In this document: positions 1 to 9,715 of the stretch, piece after piece
Layout of the letters: the number at the start of each line of letters is the position of its first letter
Position numbering within the stretch: the stretch's first letter is position 1
Assembly: GCA_038890615.1 (NCBI GenBank)
Contig: JAWAFI010000001.1
Coordinates: 304,843 to 368,842, forward strand
Length of the DNA stretch: 64,000 bases
Reading direction: 5' to 3'
Source of the DNA: Candidatus Anstonellales archaeon
GTDB taxonomy: Archaea; Micrarchaeota; Micrarchaeia; Anstonellales; J096
The notes under the pieces: generated by a model
Told to the model about the DNA's origin: nothing
The model's input: only the letters and a program-made list of their open reading frames with translations
Databases searched by the model: none
Position numbers and translations under genes: made by a program

Positions 1-3000
1 AATAGTTGCTCCCGACATGGGTGTCCCTAAATGAAATGACATTGGTTTGGTTTGAGGCGAAAAGGGCTATCTGCTCTGGGCTGAACCAGCGGTCATACAC
101 ACGCACATTGTCCAGTATGCCTGTGAATGACAAGAAACCTTCGTCTGAGCCTATCTTTGCATATTTGTTTGGGGTTGCCAATGGGACCCCCGGCACCACT
201 GCCCCTATGAACATTCCGTTGAGGAACGCCCTTATTGTTATGCCATCATAGGTTACAGCTATGTGGTGCCACTTGTGCGAAACCAAGCCTGGGGCTGACC
301 AAGATGCCTGCCTGGACACGCTTTGGGTCATGTAATCAAATTTGATTGTTGGGTTGCTTCCTGGGGCTATGGTTAATTTTGTAACATTGCCTGTGCCTAC
401 ATCGCTATATTGGGTGTAAATTGTGTCAGAGGTATTTGTGAAGGGGTAAACCATCATCTCTATTGTGAAGTTCTGGTTTCCAGAAGGAAGCTGCCATGCT
501 GAGTCATTGCTTATGAATAGGAAGTTGACTATTGACTCGTTGAAGGTGTATGCACCTGAGCCGTTGTAGCCTGTTGTGAAGTTCCATGCTGGCGGATAAT
601 CTCCTGTATAACTTTCTATTGCATATGGTCTTACCAACAAAGATTTGTTTTTTCCATAATTCTTTGTAAACTGTAATTCAGAGCCATCGTTGCCTTCAAA
701 TGGTAGGTTTAGTATTGCCATGCTTTGGCCGTTCTCCTGCCAATCGTAGATTATCTCCGTATGGTTTCTATCAAGACCTGCATTCCCTCCTGAAGTATTT
801 ACATATGCTGTTATATTCTCTTGTGTTGTGTTAGTGCCGAATGAGGAGTTTATAGATGCTTCAATGTAAGGTTTATTTGACAAGATTTCAATAGGTTGAC
901 TGCAGCTTACATTTGTCTCAAACCCATCATTTGCATAAACACATACAGAATAATTTTTTCCTGTTTTTGTTGTAGTATGATGGAGCTCAGCTGTCTTATT
1001 TAGATAATGATCTCTTATTGCTTCTGTAGAAAGCCACCTGTCGTATACAACAAAGTTATCTATATAGCCATTAAAGTATCCCCCCCCTATTGCCCTGCCT
1101 ATCATAACATAAGTGTTTGGCTGTGACAATTGCATTGGAGGTATTTTTCCAGAAAGAAGCACTCCGTCTTTGTAGAGCCTTAAAGCAACCCCGTCATAAG
1201 ACACTGCTATGTGGTACCATCTATTTATGCTTTGAGATGTAGAATGGCAAAGGCCATCATTAAACCCTGTGGGCAATGCAAAGTAAAAGCAAATGTTATT
1301 GTTACTTACTGTAATAAAAGACTTATTATTAGCTCCTATACCTTGTTGTAAGTAAATGTATTGGATTCCTGTGCTGAAATCTGTAATCTTTACCCTAAAC
1401 TCTATAGTAAAGCTTTGGTCGCCAGATGGAAATGCCACTGAAGAGTTATTGAACTCTATTAATTGAGAGCGGCTTGAGTTGAAATAATATACACCTGAGT
1501 TATTATAGCCTTGGGTAAAGTACCATGTAGGTGGAAAATCTCCAGGTGAGGAGTATAGAGCCGAAGGAACTCCTTTTACACTCTTATTTCTGCCGTAATT
1601 ACTTACTAAAACAGGCTCTTCCCCATCCTCTCCTTCAAATGGAAGTATAATCGTTGCCATGCTTACTCCGTCTTCTTTCCAATCATAAATAAGCTCTGTA
1701 TGGTTTCTTAGTGTTTCCCTGTTACCCCCTGATGTGTTAACATAAGCCTCTATATTGTCAAGAGTAAGATTCTGACCAGTTGATGAGTTAATTGAAAGCA
1801 CTTTGATGTAAGGGGTATTATTCTTTATCTGGAGAGTCTGAGAACAATTTTGTGATGATATGTTAAAGTGGTTGTTTAGGAACAAGCAGAAGCTGTATTC
1901 ACCGTATACCCTACTATCCCTCAAGTGTATGAAGCTGTAATTTCCTGAAGCCCTGCCTATTATTTCTTCCTGGCTAAGCCACCTATCATAAATTTCAAAG
2001 TTATCCAAAGAGCCATTCATAGAGTAAGCGTTTGGATATGAACCTAAGGTAAACCAGTTGCTTGGCATCGCAAGCCTTCTGCCAGGCACTACGCCATTTA
2101 CATAAACCCCATTAAGGTATATTCTTATTGCATTCCCATCATAAGTAATCGCTACATGTTTCCATGTATTAAGCCTTGGCAATGGATTGCTTATTGCTAC
2201 CGAAGAGGTGCCTGCTGCACCTTCAACCATGTAATAGAACCTTATAGTGCTGTAATCCAGCCCTTCCAATACTACTTGGGAGTAATTGTTTGCTCCTGTC
2301 CCGTTTATTCTGTATATTATGTTTGAAGAGGATGTGCTGTTTCTTGTAGGATTGAACCAGAACATAATGGTAAAGTTGTCGTTGCCCTTTGGAAGATTGT
2401 TTAAAGAAGCGTTTATAGGCCGGAAAGAAACGTTTGTTCCTCCTGCAAAGTAATAGGCGCCAGAACCGTTATACCCGCCATATCTGCTCCATTTAAGCGT
2501 AGCAGGGGTAAGTATGTTAAGCTTTAGTGACTTGTCTCTCCCATAGTTGTCTGTAAATGAATTCTCATTCCCGTCATTTGCCTCAAATGGAAGGTTCAGT
2601 ACTGCCATACTGACCCCGCTCTGCTTCCAGTCGTATATTTCGGTGGGCTCTGCCCCTATGAGATATTGGTAAGCAACAATTGCTGTTATGTTCTCCTGTG
2701 TCGTGTTCAATTCAAGTGAAGTTTTTATGTCTATGTTTGTAACTAAGGGAGGTCCAGATGGAACTATGTGGAATATCCAAGTTTCTGAATAACCTATTTC
2801 GTTTGATATATTGCAAGTTACATTCCAGCCATAATTGTTGTAAGGCAAATTGATAAGAGGCACACTTGTAAGTTCATCGCTTATTACAGTGGTGTTGTTG
2901 TATATTGGTGTGCTGTTCAAGTAAAGAGTGCAGGACATGTTTTCCTTATTCAAGGAAGAAGCATTGAACACTAATGTTACGTTGTTCGTTTCGTTAAATA

Positions 3001-6000
3001 CAGTGTTATTAGGAGGGGATATTAAGAACACTCTCACTAAATCGTATGTAGTTATGTTGTTTGAGCATACTGTATTGCCGTAATGAAGCATGTCGTCAGG
3101 AGTTACGCACACTGTGTAGTTGTAGCCGCTTATAAGCATTCCTGAATGCAGTTCGTCTGTGTTGTTTGCATATATGTTGTATATCTCTTGGGGGCTGCTG
3201 CTCCTGTTCATTACAATAATGTCATCAATAGAGCCGTTTATGTGTGCAGTGCCGTTGTGGCTCCTCCCTATATAGTAGTAAGACCTTGGTATGTCTTGGG
3301 GTAGGGGCATTGGGCCAGAAGCAACCTGAACTCCATCTTTGTATATGCTGGCTGTGCCGTTCTTGAAATGCACTGCGCAAAGGTGCGTCCAAACCCCTGT
3401 AGCTATGTTGGCGGTGGTTGTTGTCAAGTTGTAGGGGGTAGTGCCTATGTAGACCCTGTAAAGCAGCTCATCTGTAGAGCTGTTTATCTGCAATATTATG
3501 TTGTTTGATGGTGCCCCTGTGGGGTTTCCATTGCTGAAATCAAAGAATCTCCTGTTTGTAAGGGTTGCGCCTGGCTTGAAGTAGAACCATCCGCACATTG
3601 TAAGGCCATTTGACCAGACAGAAGGCATTGTTGCCCCTGGAATAGTAAGGTGGTCATCTATGCCATCAAGCATGTAAGCCCCTGTGTTGTTTGGGCCACC
3701 TGTGGCGTTCCATAGAGCGCCATTAACTGCTGTTATGTTGTTGCCATAATCCGAGAAGTCCCTGCTTATCCCTGTGCCTGCTGAATTGTTTACATTGAAG
3801 TTAACATTGACAAAAGCTATGCTTTTTCCGTTCTCCTTCCAGTCAAAGATCAAATCAACGCGGTCGTTCTCTGGGTCTGCCACATTCTGAGGATAAGCTG
3901 TAAGATTGCCGCTTGTTGAGTTCCATACTGAGGTTGAGTTCAATATTACACTTTCTATTGTTGGACTAAGGTTCACGAAGAAGAACCAGGTTGCGCTATA
4001 TGCAATGTTGTCAGAATCATTGCAAGAGACATTCCAGTCATGCCTGCCTGAAGTGAGGGAAGGTGTAGTAGTGTTTATAGGTGTACTGTTGGCTACAAGG
4101 GAGTTGTTTATGGGTGTGCTGTCCAAGTAGACAGTGCAGTTGAGCGCCCCTGTGTCAACGTCTGAGACATTCCATGTAAGGTTTATTGGGCTTGTGTTCA
4201 GGTAAAGAGAACTGTTGGGAGGGGCCATTAGATTAACAATGGGGGCCATGCTAACCCTAAACATCCATGTGCTGCTGTAGCCAGTATTGTTTGCATCATC
4301 CCTGCAACTGACATTCCAAGTGTGGTTCCCTGAAGTCAAAGCCCCTGTGCTCATGTTTGTGAGGGTGTTGTTTTGGGCCATTGTTGTGCCCAGCGGGCTT
4401 CCGTCCAAGTAGACAGTGCAGTTCATCTCTGCACTCTGGTCATCAGAGGTATTGAAGGTAAGGTTTATTGCATCTGTAGAAGTGAACACAGAAGCATTTG
4501 GAGGCGCTAAAAGTATTACTAGTGGGGGGGCAGTGTCAACCCAGAATTCCCAATTCTCTGAATAACCTGTATGGTTTACCTCGTCAAAGCAAGAGACATT
4601 CCAGATGTGGTGGCCTGCTGAGAGGATTCCTGAGCTCGTGTTTGTTGTGCTGTTTCCCACAATAATGTTTGAGATTGGGTTCCCGTCCAAGTAGACAGTG
4701 CAGTTTAGCTGGTTGCTCTCATTGTCTGTAACATTCCATGTAAGGTTCCTTTCATCAGTGCTGTTGAACCTTGAGCCATTGGGAGGGGTTATTAGATGGA
4801 CTTCTGGAGGGGTGGCGTCGTGATTTATGTTAAACGCCCATGTATCTGAAGCTCCTGTTACATTTAAGGAATTATTGCACAAGACATACCATAGATAATC
4901 TCCTTTTTGGGCTGCAACAAAGGAAGTGTTTACTGTGCTTCCATTCGTTATATTCCCAATCCATATGATAGTGAACGTTGGGTCGCTTGAATGCTTTGCT
5001 TCAACATAGCATGTAAGGTTCTCGCTTATAATGTCTGTTGCGTTCCAGGTCAAGTTAAGGTTGAAAGGCAGATTGCTAACTGTAAATGTGGTGTTGTTCG
5101 GAGGGGCCATTAACTGTACAAGGGGTCCTCCTGCATATATGTAGAAATACCATACTGATGAATTGCCTGTGTTGTTTGCATCATCCCTGCACTTCACGCT
5201 CCAGTTGTGGAGCCCATCTGACAATGGGCCTCTTTCAAGAGTGGTGTTTGTGCCATTGTAGCTTGCCAAGTAAGAAGCGTTAAGCATACCATCTATGTAA
5301 AGATCGCAGTCAAGCACTGAATCGTAGTTATCCTCAACATACCAAGTTAGGTTGTGCGTGTCAGTAGTGAATACTGAGTTGTTCGGAGGGGCTTGGAGCG
5401 TTACACTAGGGGGATGGGTGTCTATCTGGAAATTCCATGTTTCTGAGCGTGATCCGTATGTGCCATCTGTGCAGTTTACAAACCAAGTATGGTTCCCTTC
5501 TGAAAGAACGCCTGTCTCGTTAGTTATTGTCTTATTCCCCCCACCAAATCCTAATGAAACTCTGATGCCATTTACTATCACGCCATCGATTGAAAGGTTG
5601 CAATAGACAAATGAATCGTCATCAGAAACATTCCAAGTAAGATTTAGTCTCGTAGAATAAGTTACTGTATAATCTGGGGGGCTCACTAGCCTTACTGTTG
5701 GCGGATCCCCTCCCAACCGAATGAAATACCATATTGGAGAATACCCTACATTGCCGTCTCCATCGTAGCACCTTACAAACCACTGGTATGTGCCCTTCCA
5801 CCAGCCTGTATATGCTGTATTTCTGTTTGAGTTTCTTGGTGTTGATAGGTTGCCTGTTATGTTGTAGAAGGTAAGGTCTATTGGGTTTTTCATGAATACC
5901 ATGCAATTCAAAGTTGCACTCTCTACATCAGTGACATTCCACTGGAGGGTTTCAGAAAATGGGGGTGTCTTGATCGTTGAATCTCCATTGGGAGGCGAGC

Positions 6001-8413
6001 GAAGCTGCACTATTGGAGGCCCTGTTATATTTTCTGGCCTTACAACAAATGACCAAACAAATGAGGAGTTGGTTTGCGATGCATTGTCCATGCATGTTAG
6101 GAACCATTGGTATGTGCCATATTCATATGCCCAATAACTGCTTTGGTATACTAAACCATTAACAAGTGTTCTGTTGTTGAAGAGCAGGGTGTAGTATTGG
6201 GAGTTTGGTGGCCTTACGGAAAGGTTGCATGTTAAGTTTTGGGAAATGTCATCATAAGCCACATAAGAGAGGTTTATATTTAATGGTAGCAAGTCTGTAA
6301 GGTAAATGAAGCCGTCCACTGGTAAAAGCAATACTGGAAGCGGCGGGTTATCTGTAGTGTTCCTAAGGCCTATTACGAAATCCCAAACTACTGAAGTTGC
6401 TAAATAAGTTCCGTCAGCACAGGTTACATACCATAAGTACTGGCCAAATTCAGGCATGAAGCGGGATATTTTAGTTATTGTGTTGTTTGTTGCATTTATG
6501 TTTGTTTCAAGTAGTACATAGGAGCCAGCAGAGGGGTACTTTACACTCACATTGCAAAGGGCTGTTGTGCTTGAGTTGCTTATGAAGTACCAGCTTAGGT
6601 TTACCCTGTATGGGACTGAATATGCAGAGAAGAAGTAGCCGTTTGGAGGCCGATGGAGATAAACGTAGAGGGGGCTTGAGACGTTAAACTGCCATGTTTG
6701 TGAAACACCTATATGGCCTGCAAAATCCCTGCACCAAGCCCTCCATCTATGCGTACCTATATCATTTAGGAGGTATGTGTTGTTTTGAACTGTGCCGTTG
6801 TCTACTGCCCCTGACCATATGCTCATAAACGAATATACTGAAGGCCTCTGCATTTCAAGGGAGCAGAATAAAGTCGGGCTCTCGTTGTCTGTGACATTCC
6901 ACCTTAATGTTACATTTGTTGGTTCGGTGATTGAGTAGTTGGTGTTGTTTGGCGGGTTTATTAGCTGGACCACTGGAGGCGTTGTGTCGTTTACAGAGAC
7001 ATTGAACCACCATACGTCAGAATAGCTCGTTACATTAGTAGAGTCATTGCAAGCGGCATACCAATTATAAACTCCTAGCAGTGGGGCATCAAAGGAAGTG
7101 TTCATGTTGGTTCCGTTTGGAACTGTGCCACTCCATATTTCCATAAAGTCGTTTGCTGAAGGCAATTGCACAAAAACAGTGCAATTCAATTGGGTGTCAT
7201 TTTCGTCAGTTGCGTTCCAGGTGAGATTTAAGGAGTAGGGGACTTGGCTTGCATTGAATTTTGTTTTGTTTGGAGGGGCCACTAAGTTGACCACCGGAGG
7301 TGCTGAAGAAAGGTTGTAAAATATAAAAGACCATATACTTGAATTAACTTGGGTTTCATTGTCGCTGCAGTTTGCAAACCAATTGTAAGTTCCGTTTGAG
7401 GGGATTGTATGGTTGAAAGTCTGCCGAACTCCTGAATCTACTGTCCCATTCCAAACTGCCTGGTAGGTAGAGCCCGGGTTCTTTACCCAAAGGCTGCATT
7501 CAAGCGTTGGGTTGTCCTGGTCCTCTGCGTACCAAACCAAATTCAGGGAAGTTGGGTAAGTGGTTGTGTAGAATTTTTTGTAGTTTGTAGGAGAGACTAA
7601 ATAAACATAGGGGGGGTAGTTGGTGTAGCATAGATCTACTGCCCAATAAATATATGCTATATCAGAACCTATAATTGTATCGTGCCGTGGCGTACACAAA
7701 TCTGTTTTAGCGTAGTAGTATGGAAAAAAGCCCAAATAAGTCCATTCATCAAGTTGGCATTCTTCATCGTATCCCACAATACCAGTATGTAATCCGTGTT
7801 TTGGATTAGGAAGATGGTAAGTGTAATAAGGATGATCGCAAGGTCTGCACACGGCTTCGCTTGGAAAACCTAGCTCCCCATCTGGGTAGTCTATTGCATC
7901 AACGTAAAAACTTACTGTTACATAACCAGGTAAGCCGCTTCCTTCTGGCTCAAGGCAAACATGTTTATAATTGAAATTATATGTTGGCTTAAAGAACGTT
8001 ATTTTCATATCTGTGATCACATTTGCATGGCACACCATTGTTGAGCCATTAGTAAGAGATGCTGTAGCTGTTATCAATGCTTGATCGTATCCGTTATTTG
8101 AAGTGCGGACGGTTGTATAATTTTGACCGTTGTTTAGGATAATGTAACTGCTTTCATTAGAACTCCAGGTGACCCCCCCAGATATAGGGCATGGGTTACC
8201 CCCACAGAGTACTCTAAATGAGTATTCTGATGAATGGTTTAATGTTTGAAATATTTCACAACCAAGTTGGTCGTGGTCCGAATACCAATAACCATTATCC
8301 CCTAAAACTTCTATCTCGCAAATTGAGTCATTGAAAATAGCGGTTGATATATTAATAATAATAAGACATACTAATGCCGATAGTGCAGCCCCCATCCTTA
8401 TATTTGCTACCAT
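1..8413 (-). CDS. Giant secreted surface protein/adhesin (>2800 aa; 13 Ig-like repeats and at least 4 LamG/concanavalin-like modules), runs off the window's left edge
   Basis: ATG at 8413 gives MVANIRMGAALSALVCLIIIINISTA (signal peptide). The same frame reads ...GILDNVRVYDRWFSPEQIALF at the left edge. The ORF track lists no terminated ORF in this frame, consistent with no stop codon in the window. Recurrent PPxVxLxxPPN...NLTWN..D...LNC...G.h.W.V.C.D units; LamG motifs (W.HIAVTYDG, G.lDNf.vYdR.LS). Confidence 0.9.
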   Translation of the reverse strand, partial: MVANIRMGAALSALVCLIIINISTAIFNDSICEIEVLGDNGYWYSDHDQLGCEIFQTLNHSSEYSFRVLCGGNPCPISGGVTWSSNESSYIILNNGQNYTTVRTSNNGYDQALITATASLTNGSTMVCHANVITDMKITFFKPTYNFNYKHVCLEPEGSGLPGYVTVSFYVDAIDYPDGELGFPSEAVCRPCDHPYYTYHLPNPKHGLHTGIVGYDEECQLDEWTYLGFFPYYYAKTDLCTPRHDTIIGSDIAYIYWAVDLCYTNYPPYVYLVSPTNYKKFYTTTYPTSLNLVWYAEDQDNPTLECSLWVKNPGSTYQAVWNGTVDSGVRQTFNHTIPSNGTYNWFANCSDNETQVNSSIWSFIFYNLSSAPPVVNLVAPPNKTKFNASQVPYSLNLTWNATDENDTQLNCTVFVQLPSANDFMEIWSGTVPNGTNMNTSFDAPLLGVYNWYAACNDSTNVTSYSDVWWFNVSVNDTTPPVVQLINPPNNTNYSITEPTNVTLRWNVTDNESPTLFCSLEMQRPSVYSFMSIWSGAVDNGTVQNNTYLLNDIGTHRWRAWCRDFAGHIGVSQTWQFNVSSPLYVYLHRPPNGYFFSAYSVPYRVNLSWYFISNSSTTALCNVSVKYPSAGSYVLLETNINATNNTITKISRFMPEFGQYLWYVTCADGTYLATSVVWDFVIGLRNTTDNPPLPVLLLPVDGFIYLTDLLPLNINLSYVAYDDISQNLTCNLSVRPPNSQYYTLLFNNRTLVNGLVYQSSYWAYEYGTYQWFLTCMDNASQTNSSFVWSFVVRPENITGPPIVQLRSPPNGDSTIKTPPFSETLQWNVTDVESATLNCMVFMKNPIDLTFYNITGNLSTPRNSNRNTAYTGWWKGTYQWFVRCYDGDGNVGYSPIWYFIRLGGDPPTVRLVSPPDYTVTYSTRLNLTWNVSDDDSFVYCNLSIDGVIVNGIRVSLGFGGGNKTITNETGVLSEGNHTWFVNCTDGTYGSRSETWNFQIDTHPPSVTLQAPPNNSVFTTDTHNLTWYVEDNYDSVLDCDLYIDGMLNASYLASYNGTNTTLERGPLSDGLHNWSVKCRDDANNTGNSSVWYFYIYAGGPLVQLMAPPNNTTFTVSNLPFNLNLTWNATDIISENLTCYVEAKHSSDPTFTIIWIGNITNGSTVNTSFVAAQKGDYLWYVLCNNSLNVTGASDTWAFNINHDATPPEVHLITPPNGSRFNSTDERNLTWNVTDNESNQLNCTVYLDGNPISNIIVGNSTTNTSSGILSAGHHIWNVSCFDEVNHTGYSENWEFWVDTAPPLVILLAPPNASVFTSTDAINLTFNTSDDQSAEMNCTVYLDGSPLGTTMAQNNTLTNMSTGALTSGNHTWNVSCRDDANNTGYSSTWMFRVSMAPIVNLMAPPNSSLYLNTSPINLTWNVSDVDTGALNCTVYLDSTPINNSLVANSTPINTTTPSLTSGRHDWNVSCNDSDNIAYSATWFFFVNLSPTIESVILNSTSVWNSTSGNLTAYPQNVADPENDRVDLIFDWKENGKSIAFVNVNFNVNNSAGTGISRDFSDYGNNITAVNGALWNATGGPNNTGAYMLDGIDDHLTIPGATMPSVWSNGLTMCGWFYFKPGATLTNRRFFDFSNGNPTGAPSNNIILQINSSTDELLYRVYIGTTPYNLTTTTANIATGVWTHLCAVHFKNGTASIYKDGVQVASGPMPLPQDIPRSYYYIGRSHNGTAHINGSIDDIIVMNRSSSPQEIYNIYANNTDELHSGMLISGYNYTVCVTPDDMLHYGNTVCSNNITTYDLVRVFLISPPNNTVFNETNNVTLVFNASSLNKENMSCTLYLNSTPIYNNTTVISDELTSVPLINLPYNNYGWNVTCNISNEIGYSETWIFHIVPSGPPLVTNIDIKTSLELNTTQENITAIVAYQYLIGAEPTEIYDWKQSGVSMAVLNLPFEANDGNENSFTDNYGRDKSLKLNILTPATLKWSRYGGYNGSGAYYFAGGTNVSFRPINASLNNLPKGNDNFTIMFWFNPTRNSTSSSNIIYRINGTGANNYSQVVLEGLDYSTIRFYYMVEGAAGTSSVAISNPLPRLNTWKHVAITYDGNAIRIYLNGVYVNGVVPGRRLAMPSNWFTLGSYPNAYSMNGSLDNFEIYDRWLSQEEIIGRASGNYSFIHLRDSRVYGEYSFCLFLNNHFNISSQNCSQTLQIKNNTPYIKVLSINSSTGQNLTLDNIEAYVNTSGGNRETLRNHTELIYDWKEDGVSMATIILPFEGEDGEEPVLVSNYGRNKSVKGVPSALYSSPGDFPPTWYFTQGYNNSGVYYFNSSRSQLIEFNNSSVAFPSGDQSFTIEFRVKITDFSTGIQYIYLQQGIGANNKSFITVSNNNICFYFALPTGFNDGLCHSTSQSINRWYHIAVSYDGVALRLYKDGVLLSGKIPPMQLSQPNTYVMIGRAIGGGYFNGYIDNFVVYDRWLSTEAIRDHYLNKTAELHHTTTKTGKNYSVCVYANDGFETNVSCSQPIEILSNKPYIEASINSSFGTNTTQENITAYVNTSGGNAGLDRNHTEIIYDWQENGQSMAILNLPFEGNDGSELQFTKNYGKNKSLLVRPYAIESYTGDYPPAWNFTTGYNGSGAYTFNESIVNFLFISNDSAWQLPSGNQNFTIEMMVYPFTNTSDTIYTQYSDVGTGNVTKLTIAPGSNPTIKFDYMTQSVSRQASWSAPGLVSHKWHHIAVTYDGITIRAFLNGMFIGAVVPGVPLATPNKYAKIGSDEGFLSFTGILDNVRVYDRWFSPEQIALFASNQTNVISFRDTHVGSNY
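4121..4705. repeat. Three identical 21-mers (GTCCAAGTAGACAGTGCAGTT) at exact 282-bp spacing, marking tandem 94-aa Ig-like repeats
   Basis: Copies at 4121, 4403 and 4685. Confidence 0.9.
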
Positions 8414-8707
8414 TTTGAAACTGTCCCCCTTATTTGTATAGATTAAAAGAAACCTATTTAAATGTTTTTGGTTTCCTAATGCTGATCAGGAAGCCTATAA
8501 TAACACGTGTATCTGTGCTTGTTGAATACCATTCACAAGAATTAAACCAAGTGTAATCTCCATCTAAATAAGTAGCTATTGTCCTTAAAATCCTTCGTGT
8601 TGTTGTATACCTCAACCAAACAATCAAACTATATGAAATTTAGTGCTAAAAAAGAAAGCCTTTTCAAAGTATCTCTAAGAAAAAGAAAGAGAGGTTAAAA
8701 GTTATCT

Positions 8708-9493
8708 TTATTGCTTGTCAAGGGATTGGTACCCTTGCAGTGGCTGCTCAGAAACCTTGGGTATTTTTTGAGGTTTAACCACCGTGAAATCTCTTTCCCA
8801 GCTTTTATATAAGTAGTACCACATCGTACCAACTTTCCATTCACATACTGCATACCAAGTGTATGTGCCATAAGAATTCGCTGATAGGTATTTTTCATAT
8901 ACCCCTCCTGTGTAGGTCGGGGTTAGTTCTATTTGGTTCCCTGCTGGGTCAAAGTATTCATAATAGCACTTAAGTTGATACTTTGATGGTTGTGCTGCGC
9001 CTATCTCTGATGAAAGTTTTACTAGATAAGGAAGTTTGCCCGTGACGAACAACGCCCCATCAGGAGGGAATGGGCTGTAGGTGATTGTTGGTTTTGTTAG
9101 GAATGAAGCACTGCATTCTAAAGTTTGACCGTTTGCCAAAGTCCCTGTTGCAGTTAATACTGTATCACTAAGCCCCTGGCCAGGAGTACCTAAATATACA
9201 GAATGCAACCCATAAGGAGTTAGCACAAAGTTAGGATTATCTGTAGAAAATGAAAGTGGCCCGTTAGTATAACAACTTTTGTAGCCACCTACTCCGTCTG
9301 GGCACTCAACAGTAACTCTATAATCTTCAACTGGATTTAGGTTCCCTGCGTGGGAATCTGGAAGTACAAACCACTGTTTCCACGTGTTATCATAATACTT
9401 CATCCTACACGTAACTCCTGCAGCCGAAATGGTGGGGATTAAGAAAACCCCTAGTAGAAGAACTGCGAACAAGTTCGAATATGTCTTTGCCAT
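8708..9493 (-). CDS. Secreted Cys-containing protein, short paralog of the giant protein's N-terminus
   Basis: SD GAGGTGAG upstream of ATG 9493; signal peptide; shares the motif TATxxLxNGxTxxC and one Ig-like unit with the giant ORF. Confidence 0.75.
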   Translation of the reverse strand: MAKTYSNLFAVLLLGVFLIPTISAAGVTCRMKYYDNTWKQWFVLPDSHAGNLNPVEDYRVTVECPDGVGGYKSCYTNGPLSFSTDNPNFVLTPYGLHSVYLGTPGQGLSDTVLTATGTLANGQTLECSASFLTKPTITYSPFPPDGALFVTGKLPYLVKLSSEIGAAQPSKYQLKCYYEYFDPAGNQIELTPTYTGGVYEKYLSANSYGTYTWYAVCEWKVGTMWYYLYKSWERDFTVVKPQKIPKVSEQPLQGYQSLDKQ

Positions 9494-9715
9494 TATACTC
9501 ACCTCTATATTCTTTTTAAGCTTAGCTTATTTAAATAACTTTTCTTTTCTGTCGGCAAAATCAATAAAAAACACCCTTTTTCCTTTTTTGCGACAAAAAT
9601 ATTTAGCACTTCTCTTTCTCTTGTTGTTAAGTATATATTTGCTCATATGTTTTGTTGTGCTTTTTTCACTCAGCGCATAGAGAACCTTTTAAAATGCATA
9701 TGCTAAATTAGGTTG

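Noticed and set aside
6..6162. Short ORFs listed within the first 6 kb
   Set aside because: Shadows of the giant minus-strand gene.
8640..9612. AGTGCTAAA inverted pair flanking the 8708-9493 gene as an invertible or mobile cassette
   Set aside because: Only 9 bp in AT-rich DNA, with no recombinase or target duplication.
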